DNA from: Callorhinchus milii
Taxonomy: Eukaryota
Direction of reading: 5' to 3'
Assembly (NCBI RefSeq): GCF_018977255.1
Contig: NW_024704742.1
Span: 90,956,001 to 91,020,000, forward strand
DNA: 64,000 bases
Below the pieces are notes generated by a model, which worked only from the letters and a program-made list of their open reading frames with translations, did no database searches and had not been told where the DNA came from. Shown here piece after piece: positions 13,011 through 26,370 of this stretch (position 1 is its first letter; the number at the start of each line of letters is the position of its first letter). Made by a program: the position numbers and the translations under genes.

Positions 13011-14309
13011 TAGAATTGGAATTGCAGCTCATTCTGACTTTGAAATGGGATTGGCCTAAAAGCTGTTACGTCTTGCCGTGTTGATTTCTCTCTCCTGAGA
13101 GCTGTTGCACTGCGGGGAGGAGAGTCGAACACTGCTTTAAAAGCTACATTCAGCAATAAAAGGGAACAGCACTCACTCCCCTTGGATTCTGGTGTGACAT
13201 TATTAACAGCTATGCCCTCCAGTGTGGCAACTGAGAGGATTCGAGTATTTGGCTAGAAATAAGGAGTGTTTGTACTCTATACATATTTTAAGCAGATTTA
13301 AAAGTTAGAACACACGTGAATGAAAAAGATATAGGAAGTTATGGCACATCTAGCTGACAAGCTCTCCGGGACACTACCCACATGAAGGGCGCTATATAAA
13401 TGCAAGTTGTTGTTGACATCAAAGGAGTACAGTGCATTCGGATCTCTGAGCTTGTCGGTTATTTTGTGAGAGGCAGTCAAGGCGTAACTAGGAGGGAATG
13501 GAAGGTAAAAACTCACTAATTGCTAAAGCCAGTGAACTTTTCGTACCGCAAGTATCATTAAAAATGCTCTGTTCAGGTTGGATTGTTCTGAGCGTGTGAA
13601 ACACTTCCTGGGACACACTGCAGCAGAGCCCACGCCCACAGTGCATGTCCTTATTCAACGCTTTGCTGATCACAGCAGGGATCTTCCACAGTGGCCAGGT
13701 TATTTCTCTAGGAGAAGGACAAGGACTTGAGCTCACAAGAAAAAAAGGTGACCATAAAGTTCAGATGTCAATTACTTTACACAGAGAGCATTGGATATGT
13801 GGAACAGACCACCCAACGAGGCAGCAGAAGCAGATTGCGTCACAAGCTCAAGAGGGGTGTTAGAGAGCTATCTGGTGAAGAATTCAAGTGAGGGATATGA
13901 AAGGTAGACAGAGGAGCGGAGAGTTATTTATTTAAACTTGTGTGCAGGCCAGATGGAGTGCAATGGCCGTGTCCAGCTCTGCACAATCCTGTGTTCCCTT
14001 TAGGGAAGGAGGGGCAATTGGAGGCAGCAGGCAGACGGGCTGCCCGACTTGGCTAAGGGATGGTGCGGAGCAGGAAGACTAACGGAGGGAGGAAAGGGGG
14101 AAGAAAATAAAGTACAATTTAAAAAAAGAAAAGGGCACATATGAGGGAGGAGAAAGTCAATAGTCGTTGTGTGCAGTGTAACTGGAGTGCTCAGCAAGAA
14201 AAGCTGGAGCAGATTAATGGACTTGCACATGGGCCAAAACATAAGTGCAGCCAGTCGGGGTTGTCTGGTACATTAGATGAAACGCATCAGATCTCAGCCA
14301 CACTGTTCT

Positions 14310-14390
14310 GCATAAGAACATAAGGATTGCTGGACGAAAGAAGATCAAAGTCCATCCAGTTTACCTTCCACCATCCTGGCGGTCGCATTC
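14310..14390 (-). mobile_element. CR1 LINE 3' tail
   Basis: cataagaacataag...gtccatccagtttaccttccaccatcctg is the reverse complement of the tail at 17195-17265. Confidence 0.7.
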
Positions 14391-14637
14391 ACATGTCAAA
14401 CTATATATTGTATCCCAAGGTATTATTTCCTAAAAGAAATCTATTTAATCTGCATCATTTCCCGTTCTTCGATTTTCTTTGGTGAAATCTATCAACGGAA
14501 CTGTTTGCATGTTCGAACATTTGCTGTCCCGGTTTATGATCTGACCCTCCCCCACCCTTTGGATGCATCATCTACCTTTGCAGCTCCCTCTATTTTTCTC
14601 TTTTTTTGTCTCTTCTCCTTAAAGTAGCAAGTGAGTC

Positions 14638-14900
14638 CTGCTGGGGTCTAGTTCCATGGTAGCTGGCAGATCCCAGGAGCTCAACCAAGTAGTGTTCTTC
14701 CTGTGGAAACCTCGTCCAAGTGTCAACGAGCACTGGGCCATCATAGCTAAACCTACGTTGTCTACAAATAAAATCTATCACCATGTTCATTTTACAGCAG
14801 AGGTCATTGGGTTGTGATTAGGAGTGGGAATCCTGGCTGAAGCTCTCCTCCTAATCTGACAGTTAGTTGCAATACCCCACCACTGCCAGTTTAGAGATCA
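14638..14900 (-). mobile_element. AmnSINE2-like relic
   Basis: Minus strand: gatctc...ggcagtggtggggg...cagccaggattcccactcctaatc...gacctctgctg...ccatggaactagaccccagc. Shares motifs with the 7258 copy. Confidence 0.55.
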
Positions 14901-15260
14901 CAATGCAATACAAAATTACATTTGTATAGCGCCATTCACATCTGGAGGACGTCCCAAGGCGCTGGACAGTCAAGGATTTGCACCTGAGCTGGGGTGGGGG
15001 GTGGGGGGGCGCAGTTGGGGTAAGTGAGGGTGGAGGGTAGGAGGGTGGCCGAAGGCTCGGTCAAGGAGGAGAATCTAGAGACGTGCCTTCAAGAAGGCAA
15101 GGGAGGGAGCGAGGTGAAGGGAATGTGGTATGGAGTTCCAAAGGGTGGGCGTGGAGAGGCTGAAGGCCCGACCACGGATGGTGGGGCGGGCCAGGCAGGG
15201 GATGGAGCAGGTCGGAGCCTGCCGAGCGGAGAGAGCAGACAGGTTGATAGGGCGTTATCA
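14901..15260 (-). mobile_element. L2-clade LINE 3' end
   Basis: Same tail as 1860-1960. ITPYQPVCSLRS motif on the minus strand. Confidence 0.85.
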
Positions 15261-15644
15261 CTGCTGCTAGTCAGACACCAAAGCTGGAGGGCAGGACCCG
15301 GACTGTGATTGGCTATCATAGCTGTCACTCATCTTGGCGATGGTTGGCTCGTCCAAGCTGTCACTCACCCGGAAGACAGTCCCTGAGGTATTAAGTATCG
15401 GGAGAAAATGACAGGGGTGCTCAAGAAATTTCCTGATTTCCCATATAGACAGTCTGCCCTTGGTTGTAATATATTATTCATATTTCGGAGAATCAAGCAC
15501 GTTGTTTCCTCATGATATTTTGATATCTGTTGAAGAAGATTACCTATTCGTACAGAGTATCCATACCTGTACAATTCCCTCTTATCACACCAGGTAAATG
15601 ACAAATAACAAAGATTGTGGCCCGAGCCTTCTCCTTGTGCACAT

Positions 15645-15976
15645 ATAATCCTTGCGTTTGATACAGAAAGTTATCGCGTCATTGAGACGTGGTGAAGCGC
15701 TTCACAGGATACACTTTAAGTGGTGTGATTGTTTGTATTTTGTTGGTGAATGCAGCAGCCAATTTGCACACAGCAATGTCCCACAAATAGCCATAGAGTG
15801 AATGACTATTTTATTTGGGGGGGTTGTTGGCCAAGACACTGGGAAAAACTCAGTGTCAGAAAAACAATGCAACACATCACCAGCACTTTATTGGAATGGC
15901 AGTGTAGACTACATGAGTTCCACGTCCCGACATGGGGCTTGAACTGACAACCTTCTGACTCAGAGGTGAGAGTGCT
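15645..15976 (-). mobile_element. Old Deu-domain SINE (internally deleted)
   Basis: Tail, Deu core gcagccaatttgcacacagcaatgtcccacaaa, and head cttgaactgacaaccttctgactcagagg. Confidence 0.8.
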
Positions 15977-16554
15977 GCTCTCTAGAGTGCTATCTTGTTT
16001 ACCTCGTTGTATCTCTCTCTGTCTCATATTTTATTTCTACCCATTTTTTCATTCTTCCCTTTGATATATTTATTTTTCCCCTCTTCAATGACTAAATTTT
16101 CTTAGATTTCCTTGCAATATTTAACTGCAATATATATCGTATCCTTCATTAAAATTCACACCCCCCAAATTTAAAAAAAATTAATTTGCCTCCTATGGGT
16201 AAAGTTTTGTGATATTTCTTAATTAATCCCAAAGTTAATTTAACGCCTGAGGTTAATTATCGCCACAATTAGCAGCTTTTCATCTTTTTCTACTGGCAGA
16301 TTTTTGTCTTTACGTTTGACCCAAGAGAATCTGGTCAGTGTTTTCCATTTGGTTCAAAAGTTATTTTCTGGCCAGATCATCTTAAGAACAATGAAAGTCG
16401 TGCTCTGTCCAGCTCAGAAAATGGATCTTTAATGCTCAAGATCAATATCTCAGACCCATGGGAGGTCCACTTTTCAGCCCTTTGAACTAGATGGGAACTG
16501 AAGCCACTTTGGTGCACACTGATCCAGACTACCCAACTCTTCCCTCCACAAGCA

Positions 16555-17140
16555 ATAGACCATTCAGAACTCTGCAGCTCTTGTCCTCTTCCACATTAAT
16601 CTCTAAGAGTCGATCACCTGCATTCTTGCCTGGCTCAGCTGGCTACCCATCCCCCAGAGGATCAAGTTAAACATCCTTGTCAGAACCTTTGAAACCCTGC
16701 GTGATCTTGCCTGACCCTAACTCTGCGGCCTTCTCAAATGTTACATAACCGCCACTCCTGCCACTCGGTGGGCAGTGGCCTACTTCACATCCCCTGCCCT
16801 ACCCATCGGCCTTTCAGCTTATCTGCTCCTACTCTCCAGAACTCCATCCCAGAGTCCCACTGACTCATCTCTTCCCTTGCTTACTTCCAGGTCTGCCTTA
16901 AGACCTTCCCCTTTAGCCATTCTTTTGGTCATCTTTCCCAAATCCACATTCCTATCCCCCTCAACCCCCACCTCACTCAACCTCCACCTCTCTCAGCCCC
17001 CACCACTCGGCCCCACCCCCAGCTTGGATGAAAACCCTTGACTGTCCAGCACTTTGGAGCATCCTCCCAATGCGAACAACAAAACAACAAAATTACATTT
17101 ATATAGGACACCTTGGGAAGGATGTCCTAAGACACTGGAA
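16555..17140 (+). mobile_element. Degenerate L2 3' fragment abutting a short opposite-strand L2 tail (about 17075-17140)
   Basis: attcagaactctgc...ctggctacccatcccccagaggatcaagttaaacatcctt, then a C-rich 3' UTR, then aacaacaaaattacatttatatagg. Confidence 0.7.
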
Positions 17141-17194
17141 GGCGCAAAATAAAAGGTGTTATATATAGTTTGGGACACAACATCTCAAGCAACT

Positions 17195-17265
17195 GTCAGG
17201 ATGGTGGAAGGCGAATTGGATGGACCTTGGTCTTCTTTTGCCTAGAAAATTCTTATGTTCTTATG
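17195..17265 (+). mobile_element. CR1 LINE 3' tail
   Basis: caggatggtggaaggcgaattggatggaccttggtcttc...ttcttatgttcttatg. Confidence 0.7.
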
Positions 17266-20200
17266 TAAATAACGTTTTTGTTGTTGTGGTTATTCCAGGA
17301 TTTGTGAATTGCTGTTGGGTTACCCAAGTCATGAAACATTGCAACCTGTTGGCCTCTAGTGCTTTAAGACACTGCCCAAGCAATAGCTTCCAATACTAAA
17401 TTACTACACAACCCCTTCCCAGCCCCCTCAGGCCTCATCTCCAGCTTGGATGACCAACTGGTATTCTTAAGGTCTTTGAGATGTCCTTCCAATGTGAAAG
17501 GTGAAATATAAGTGTAAATTGTATTGTATTTACTCACTTTTTAGTGGGCTTCCGAGCCATGAGGTGCCATGTGCATTGTATATGAGCTATTGTTAGCAAC
17601 AGGCATCAGTGTAAGAAAGAAAGAACTCCTTATTTTGTACCTGCCTCATAAAGTCTTCTGGGAGCCCTTCATAGTAATCGCTATCGTGTGTAGTGCCTAA
17701 TTTTTTGTAGGCAGCCATTTTGAATGCGGTGTAGTGTACTGGAGAATATGTGACATGTGTGCCAGGTTTTAAACTGTTTGAACCCAAAGCTGAAAAACAT
17801 CTCCATGAAATTTACAGAAGTGAGTTCCCACCGTGGCCAATCCCTCGGCCACTACATCAACTTGCATTTATATAGCACCCTGCACATGGGATAGCATCTC
17901 GGTGCACTTGGCCAATCATAGAGATTTTATAGTTCCAGGGATCAAGTCTCTTTACAAAAACTCTTTCCCCTCCTGCTACTGCTCCTCCACTACCTCTACC
18001 CCCAAAATGAAACTGCCATATTTATGGAAATAAAGTGCTTCCGATACAGCCAAACATTTGTTTTCTCGAAACCTCCAGCTTGAATTGGAAAGAATTAATG
18101 GAGTCAATAAATGCAATGGAGTGAATGGCTTTCCATTCTTTTTGGATCTTTTCTAAGCATTTTACACACATGACCAAATCTCCATTATCTTCAAATCTGG
18201 TTTGTGTTATCTCTCTCCAACGCTTCTTCCATACCAGGGGAGAACAAAATGTTTTATGTGTTACTTCATCTGGTTGTGATTTGAGCACATCGAGACAGAT
18301 TTTTTAAAAAAGTTGTACCTTACTCTGGGCACTTAGCTCACTGCAGGCACATCAAAGAGACTGTGGGCTGGATCAAGGTGATTGTGTTTGACCACATTAT
18401 CACAAGCCAACATTTTCTCTCTCTCTCTCCCTACCCCCCTTTCCCTTCATATGATTAGAGTCAGGCATCCTGACACCTTGCTTTTCACAGTGCGTCAGAT
18501 CTTTAGCAGAAACCATCTCACCAGAGTGACACAGAACAGACAGCTAGAGGGCCAGGGGCCCCAGCGTGTTTACAGCCAGCTCATTACAAAGTGCCAGCTC
18601 GGCATTGAACAGCTCGGAGGCCCTGGTCTTGCCTTTCAGCACTGCTTTCATTAGCAATGGGCTCTGACGAGAGCCCAGCAAATGCTGTCATTGATCCTCT
18701 CAGTGAGGGAGATATGTGTAGCATTCAGGTCACGGCCTGCTCGGCTTTGATGCAGCTCCATTTCATGGTGCTGACAGCCACATACTGCCGATTCGCTAGG
18801 GCTGACACAATTCCCTCTCCGATCAGATCCTTGGTCTGTGCTGCTAACTACACCGATTTCCCACCGGATTGCTCTTTTCTAGAAATATTAACACTTGTTT
18901 ACTGGGCTTGTTGACAGAAGGATTCTGCAAATAGACTCCCCATAACATTTCCATAAGGAATCTGCTTATTCCGAAGGGTTCGCCTCGGCTTCCCCTTAAC
19001 CCCTCGAACACGGCCTTTCCCTGAAACTCTGTGTAATGTCTTGTGTCACCTATTGTGACATGAGCGTTGAACCAGCCAGTCCTCAGTAACTGCTGTGTGC
19101 CGCTTGACTTCTTGCAGTCCCTTCGAGTGGAGCTGTGTAATCTGTGCGCGCACAAACATACGCGCACACTTTACAGACAAAAACTTGTCTCTCGGCTAGG
19201 ATTATCACTGGAAGAGGGGGGATAAAAGGAGAAGCTAGGAACTTTTTTTTACACAAATGCACACACGACAGTGGTGTATTCAATTGTGGAAAACGAGTCC
19301 ACTGCACCATTCAAAAGGGAATTGGATAAATACTCAAAGAAAGGTTATAATAGAGAGTTGTGGGGAAAGAGTGGTGGAATTGGGATAGAGTAGATATCTC
19401 TAGTGAGCTTGCTAAAACCAGAACATCCCTGTAAATATTGCATGATTTACAGGAGACAGAATTGACTGCATAAAAAAGTCATTTTCACTGAGGATCTTGT
19501 TACATCAAAAATGTGTTCGGATTGAATTTGCGTCTTTTTTTAAAAAAAGAAAATCTAACGGGATACCGGTGAATTAACACAAAAGCTTTTTTTTAGTTCT
19601 TATCGAGCTATTTGTTAAATTTCTCGCATTTTCCCAGCCTCGTTCAACACCTTGAGGAGTGTGATGGAAACCCAACTGTGTTTTTATTAGCACTTCCCCT
19701 AAGTTTTATAAATGGGACGTCCACAACATGTAGGGGTACAATGCTGAAGCATTCCCATTCGTCTTTTAATGGGAGACGGGTGGTACCAAAGGCTCTGGAG
19801 TGGGCACTCTCAGGACTAAAACTGTCAAAACAAATTTATTGAATGCGAATTTGCGAATAGAACATTCAGCAAATAAAGGAAATTTCATGGGCAAAGAGAA
19901 TCCATCGCTGGCTGGCTTCGTTTCAGCTGATTTTCACTGAGTATCTGGCGTGTGTGTTTAATGAAAGGCTTCCTGCAATCTGTTTTAATTAGTGACATCT
20001 CCGCTCGTAATTACTGATAAACAATACAGACAGGCTTATGTATGTATCTAGTTACTGTTACGTTTATTAAAACGGAGACAATCCTTGCCATGCCGATTAT
20101 GATAAGCACCGACAGGCATAAGAAGCAGTTTTTTGCAACGTTTTGTAACTTTGGACCTGTAATATTCTATGTGATATATATTATATGTGCTATTTGCCTG

Positions 20201-20460
20201 TTTATATTCACAGGCTCCGCAAACCCTGCTTTGGTCAGGTTTATTGCGGTAATTACAAATTTGTACAGACCAGGTGGACTGGATGGCCTTCTTACATGCA
20301 GTAAATGGCCTATTATGCTATGTAGTTTCCTACTGAAAATTTCAAATTGAAGCCCACCTACATTTCTTGTTTCCGTTTGATGGATGAGAAGAACTGTCTT
20401 ACATGCTCTTTATGGCCTTTGCAGTTCTCTTAGTGAGATCGCATTGTGACTTCTCACTAT

Positions 20461-21240
20461 ACATAAGAACATTAACACTGGCTTGTAGGTGAGAACGCTA
20501 ACATTGGCCTGCATGTAAGACCATTAACATTGACCTGTGTGTGAGAGCATTAACATTGACCTGCATGTGAGAGCATTAAGCATCGTGGAGTCCTGTAGCT
20601 CAGTGGTTAGAGCACTCGCTTTGCAAGTGAGAGACCTGAGTTCAATTCCAGGCAGAGGGCGAAACCTTGGGCAAGTTTCCTTACTCCACACGCCTAATAA
20701 TAATCCCTCCAAAACCAAAAATAAATTGGTCATTTTCAATCCACGACTGTTAGTGGGACATTGCTGTGCGCAATTGGCTGCCGCATTCGCCCACAAATAT
20801 ACATCAATTCACTTTACAGTATATTCTGTGAAGCGCTTTGGGACGTCCTCCCGACGTGAAAAAGCGCTATATCAAATGCAAGGATTATTATTATTATTAT
20901 TAACATTGGGTGTATTTTGAGAGCACTAAAATTGGCCTGTGTGTGTGAGAGAATTAACATTGACTTGTGTGTGACACATTAAGATTGGGTGTATTCCGAG
21001 AGCACTAACATTGGCCTGTGTGTGAGAGCACTAACATTGACCTGTGTGTGAGAGCACTAACATTGGCCTGTGTGTGAGAGCACTAACATTGACCTGTGTG
21101 TGAGAGCACTAACATTGACCTGTGTGTGAGAGCACTAACATTGGCCTGTGTGTGAGAGCACTAACATTGGCCTGTGTGTGAGAGCACTAACATTGGCCTG
21201 TGTGTGAGAGCGCTAACATTGGCCTGTGTGTGAGAGCATT
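20461..21240. repeat. 26-bp minisatellite (agcactaacattg[g/a]cctgtgtgtgag)n
   Basis: Nine near-perfect units from 21001 at period 26, with degenerate units at 20461-20580 and 20902-21000. Interrupted by a SINE. Confidence 0.93.
20585..20901 (+). mobile_element. Young short tRNA(Ala-like)-derived Deu-SINE, full length
   Basis: A box tagctcagtgg, anticodon-like ttgcaa, B box gagttcaattcc, Deu core, L2-type tail and (ATT)n. Confidence 0.95.
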
Positions 21241-21361
21241 ATTATATGTGGGTGAATATGAGCTTTGCAGAAGCTCCATGTAAATACACTATATAAATCC
21301 AAGTTTTTCTTGTTGAAACGTGACTACTACAGCTTTGCATGAGTGCGTTAGACTACTTTGT

Positions 21362-21538
21362 TCTAAAATTTAAGAAACTGCAGAATTGTTGAAAATCATT
21401 CAATTGAATCTTACTTTGGAAGTTTGTTCTTTAAAGAACTGGAAAACTGTCTTGTCCAATTAAAGCTCATGAAAAGAACTTTGCACAATTTTGTACAATC
21501 TTAAATTTTCAGACAAAACAGTCTCGTGGCATTTGGGG
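21362..21538. mobile_element. Palindromic MITE-like element, copy 1
   Basis: aaaatttaaga...gcagaatt at the left and aattttgtacaatcttaaatttt at the right. Related to 29020, 38069, 40275 and 44310. Confidence 0.6.
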
Positions 21539-22639
21539 TATCTGATATCCCAAACAACCACAGAAGCTCACATCCCAGGCTTATCTCAATGTTTAAATGT
21601 GATTGGCTTAATTGGGCTTTTCACCTGTTCTGAATTGGTAGAGTGGAGTGCATGAATGTGTGAAATGGGTGTAAGAAATAACTGAAAGAATGTGTCCAAT
21701 TCTCCCCTTCACCAATACAAGCACATTTGCTGCCCCCAGTTGCACAGAGGAATTTAAGATGATCGTGAAGAATTTAGCAGAGCAAACAAAGCCCGTCTCT
21801 CTCAACCACCGTCACCTTCTTCATCTTTAGCTGAAAGGAGATGCATTATCATCAAGCACCTGAAGGAGGGAGGCAAATGTTTATACAGGAATAATGTAAA
21901 TCTCCTTAAGAGAGGTTTTAAAATGGAGAACTTGAAACTATTTTCTTCATGTTGCCTGCACTCTATGGGTATGAGGACTAGGCTAAGAAATTCCCTCCCT
22001 TCTCCCTCCAAAATTGCACACTTGATATAATATTTCATTACCTGCACACAGGTTTGGATCTGGTGTGTTTTCCTGACTTGTAATCGACATTTTGTCATTT
22101 GCAATAGGGTGAAAGACAAGGTGGTTTATAAAGGGAAAACAAAAAGTTCCAGGTTTTGGTGAAGGGTTCACGATTGTTAAAAAAAACAATGTGCAGGTAT
22201 ACGGAAAATGTCCCCTTTACAGAAAATCAAACGGCTGAAACACGCAGCTCCAGAAAGCTGCTCTTAATTTTACAGTCTGAGTAAATAATAAAGGCACCTA
22301 GCAAGAAGGAAAACTGCAGCTATTTTACAAGCTGATCAAACTGTAATTGTTTGAGTCTGTTTCAGGGGTAATTAGATTCATGAAAAAAATAGAAATGATT
22401 ACGTTTTGCAGGAATTGTAGCATCACTCCTAAAGTAACACGCATAGATTTAGATTACAAAAAAGGAGCTTATTTTGACACAAGGGCAACAGATACTGCCC
22501 TGAGTCCCTGAGTTATCTGCATGTCTGTAGCAAAGCATTTATTTTGATTATTTTTTTCTGTTTTGTCTTTGTATTATTATTAATAGTATTATTTTACACG
22601 TGATTCCCAGTCTGTTACATGATTCTTGCAGCTCCCCAC

Positions 22640-22756
22640 CTTGGTTTCTCCCCCGTACCGCCTCCCCGAGGCTCAACATCAGGCTCCACCACTGTTAAGC
22701 ACTCTGACAAGCTGCCCTGGGTGAAGAGGGCTATATAACTGCAAGTTGTTGTTGTT
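22640..22756 (+). mobile_element. L2 3' tail
   Basis: tcaggctccaccactgttaagcactctga...ctatataactgcaagttgttgttg matches 49645-49720. Confidence 0.75.
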
Positions 22757-25164
22757 CAGTGTGTTGGTCAATTGCTCGGTCAGTTGTTTGGTCGAACAGC
22801 TAGGCGTGATCCCAGGTCTGAATTCCCACTCTGGCAACCTCCCATCCTGTTCACACAGCAGCCTCTTTTCCATCTGCTAAATGTAAGGCTGGATTTACAA
22901 ACTAATAAATGAAACCCCACACAGCACCATTCAGCATCCAACGACATTCTCAATTCATGCAGTGTGTGCTTTCTTTTAGAAGTCTGTTTAACTGCTGCAA
23001 AGTGCTTACAGATGTAAGTGAAGGCAGCTGCCAGTGATTTTCAGCGTTACTTGGTTCTTTGTGCATAAAACAGTTTTCCAGAAGCAGTCCCTCAGAGCTC
23101 AGGATTGACTTGAGATCTGCAAAAGAGATTGCTGTAGGTGATACCGTGCTATCTGACGATTAAGAGTTAATTATTTTTCAGTAACAACTTCAGATTGACT
23201 TATCCATTGTAGGCTCGTGCCCTGGGCCACCAGAAGGGAAGGACCCTCTTTCCTTTTTGCAATGTTTCCAAGTCGCGTTTATGTCGCAAAGGGACACTGG
23301 AGCTTTTAATGTTGTAAAGAGTATCAGGTCATTTGCTTATCACAGTGACTTAAACCATGTTGACAGACTGCCAGACCTGACCCTGGTGCCAAGCCCTGCC
23401 TTATCTTACAGCCATCAGTGCTGCACCATTGGAACACAGTTTTGTTAGGAATTGTTTACCACTCTGATAAACACAGATGAAAGAGAAACGTTCATCTTGG
23501 GGACTTGTGTAACACTGGACCGATTGCTGAGAAACCACAGTCGTGTGTCGTGGAAGAAAGCTGTTTACTTGCAACACACAGGGGGCATTAGGGCTGCAGC
23601 AGATGTCTGTGGCTTTGGGCACATTAAAGTTTGTCAGTCTGATTCTGATCTGCCTCCCAGAAACTGGTTCTGGTTTGCTTGATTTACACTCTAGGTGCAA
23701 AAATGTCTCAGTGTGCGAAGAGGCGTGAAAACATTCTCTGCTGAAGAGATGCCAATTTGGATGGCCCGGTTAGGTTCACAACTAGCTAAATCATTCTTCA
23801 TTTCAGGCCAAGCAATGTGTACAGTTCCTTCTAATTCCATTTGGGTGAATTGTGGTGATCTGGGTGAACATAAAAGCAAAGATGAAACATTTGTGGGTTG
23901 TTGTGGCTAGGACACACCAGAAGAACTCACTTGTTGGCTTTATAACATGCACACTACACAGATTTATAGGTATGTCATCTTGGCACAGTTGATAGTATTC
24001 TCGCCTCTGGTTTAGAAGGTTATGGGCTGAATCCCCATGTTCAGACAGGAATTCACAGTCAAAGCTGATGCTTACACTGCAATGAATGGCCACCTATGTA
24101 TCAACACACTTGGTGCATTGGTTATGAAGAGATAGATGTATGCCTGATGCAATGGGCGGAGGAGAAGCAGAGGTGAGGAAGGAATCAGACAGTACTTTTC
24201 TAACCTATAATAATCTTGCATTTGATACAACACTTTATCACGTTGAAACATGTTAAAGCGTTTCACATGTAATTGCTGTCAAGTATAGTGACTGTATTTG
24301 TAGGCAAAAATGGCAGCTATTTGTACCAGCAAAGTCCCACAAAAATGAGATGAATGCTCAGTTAATCTTGATCAGGATAGTGCAATAATAATTATTTAAA
24401 ACTCTAATCCAGTTTTCAGTCAATGAACAGTTGAGAATGGCTTTCATTGATCTAAGCCATTCCAAAGTGTCTGAGCATCAGGACCCAATCTGATCCACAG
24501 GAACTGCAAGTGCCAAGGAAAAGCTTTGCCAGTTCTGAGGTTTTCCTTTTTTAAGGTTAAGGCTGGTTATTTGCACATAGTACCGGTTTGCAATAAACAT
24601 ACCTAATGTAACTGTTGTGTGTGTTCCGAACCCAAACCAAGAAATGTTTCTAGTTTTCAACGATGATAACAACAGCTTACATTTAAATAGCTCCCTTCAC
24701 ATGCCCGTGGCACCCATAATCAGAAACAAAACAGAAAATTTTGAAAATTACAGAAAGCCGACCTATCTCTGAAAATAGGCCAGTGTTCAGGTGTGACCCA
24801 AATTAGATTTTCTATTTCCATCAACTGTAGTTTATGCGAGGTTTACAAAACATCTTCTCAACTTAATGGGCACAAAACGTCACACAACATTTCTAAATAA
24901 TACATCTAATGTGTAGACTAATTAGGAGAAATTGCTCCTAAGATTTGCTGTTCAAATTTCAAAGATGCGAGCAATAGTGATCCTGGTCCTGTTAACTCCA
25001 TTCACATTCCCAGTCTGGACAATGCATCATTCATCCTGAAAGGACTGCTGACAACACTTGTGACATTCTGGTGAATAGTTGACACTGCTCCATTATAAAA
25101 TAACAGAACCATTTCACTTCCACTAAGAAAGATCCAATGCAATTGTTGTGATGGTGCTAGTTTC

Positions 25165-25440
25165 TCTCAGTTGGTAGCGCTCTAGCGTCCGGGTCAGAAG
25201 GTTGTGGCTTTGAGACCGACACCACCGCTCGCTCTCATAATCTGGGTTGACACTGACAGAGCGCTATGGTGTTGGGAGATGCAGTCATCAAAAACAGATT
25301 AATTGCTTACTCGGCTCATTGTTCTTTGTTGGATAGTACTGGCGTACATCAGCTGCTGTGTTTGCTTATGGTAATAACAGTCACAACACTTCAAATTCAT
25401 TGTATGAAACTCTTTGAGATGTTTTGATGTGGTAAGGTGG
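25165..25440 (+). mobile_element. Old Deu-domain SINE
   Basis: ctcagttggtagcgctct...gtcagaaggttgtgg head, Deu core, and ctttgagatgt tail. Confidence 0.7.
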
Positions 25441-26182
25441 TCATTAGTAATAGTAGTAGTATTAATAATGTTATTAATAGTTTCTATACAAACTCCTTAG
25501 TGCAATGAAACTTTCCGCAGTCTACAGGGTTTAAAATACAAAGTGAATTTACCTCAATTTGTTTTCCATTAAATTAGTTAAAAATTAGCCCTGTGATTCA
25601 TATTTAGAATTTATGCTGGAAAATTTCCAAATTAGGCAAATATGGTAACTTGATTTTTCAAGCCTTGTGCATCTCCAGTCACAACCAAAGAAGTACAGGG
25701 AGCTGTATGATGGGTGACTCAGTGAGCAGACACAGTCATTGTCTGTGTGTTGGTAATCCTGGGAATATGCAAGCGATTTTTCACGTTAGGGAAGGAGTGA
25801 ATGGAGTAAAAGTGAAGCACTTTCCAAATGAAGAGAGCGAAAACCCTAGACTCTGCCCTTATGTATCTTGTGTTGTTCAGCTCTGAGGTACTTTTTGGGA
25901 ATCAGGAATAGCACGGGCCGTGGGGTAAGGTTATCTACAGAAATGAATAAAGGGAAAACATTCCTCATGTTTTGGGATGTCCTTCCAACATGAAAGGCAC
26001 TATAGAATTGTAATTTGTTATTGTTAAGATGGATATTGAGCAGAAATTGCTGCAGAAATTCAACAAAGACAACTTGCATTTATGCAGGAGCGTCTCAAGA
26101 GACACTGATTTGAAGTTATTATTAAAATTGGCCTGAATTCCTTATTTATTGTTCTTTAATAATTGACTCCAACGCATGTAAT

Positions 26183-26370
26183 GATAATAATAATAATCCT
26201 TGCATTTGATATAGAGCCTTATCACGCCATTGAGACATCTCAAAGTGCTTCACAGAATATATTGTCAAGTGGATGGACTTTGTATTTTGGGGCGAAATAA
26301 TAATAATAATAGTAATAATTCGTGCATTTGATATAGCACTTTTCACGTCTTCTCAACGTCTCGAAATGCA
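26183..26370 (-). mobile_element. Two tandem Deu-SINE 3' fragments
   Basis: Two successive (AAT)n + tgcatttgatatag tails. Confidence 0.75.

Noticed and set aside
20585..20655. tRNA-Ala-like gene (also at 6360, 31960-32033 and 57000-57073)
   Set aside because: There is no closing acceptor stem. The sequence continues into a SINE body and tail, so these are SINE heads.
20461..21240. Regular short repeats resembling a CRISPR array
   Set aside because: The units are head-to-tail with no unique spacers, there are no cas genes, and the context is vertebrate. It is a minisatellite.
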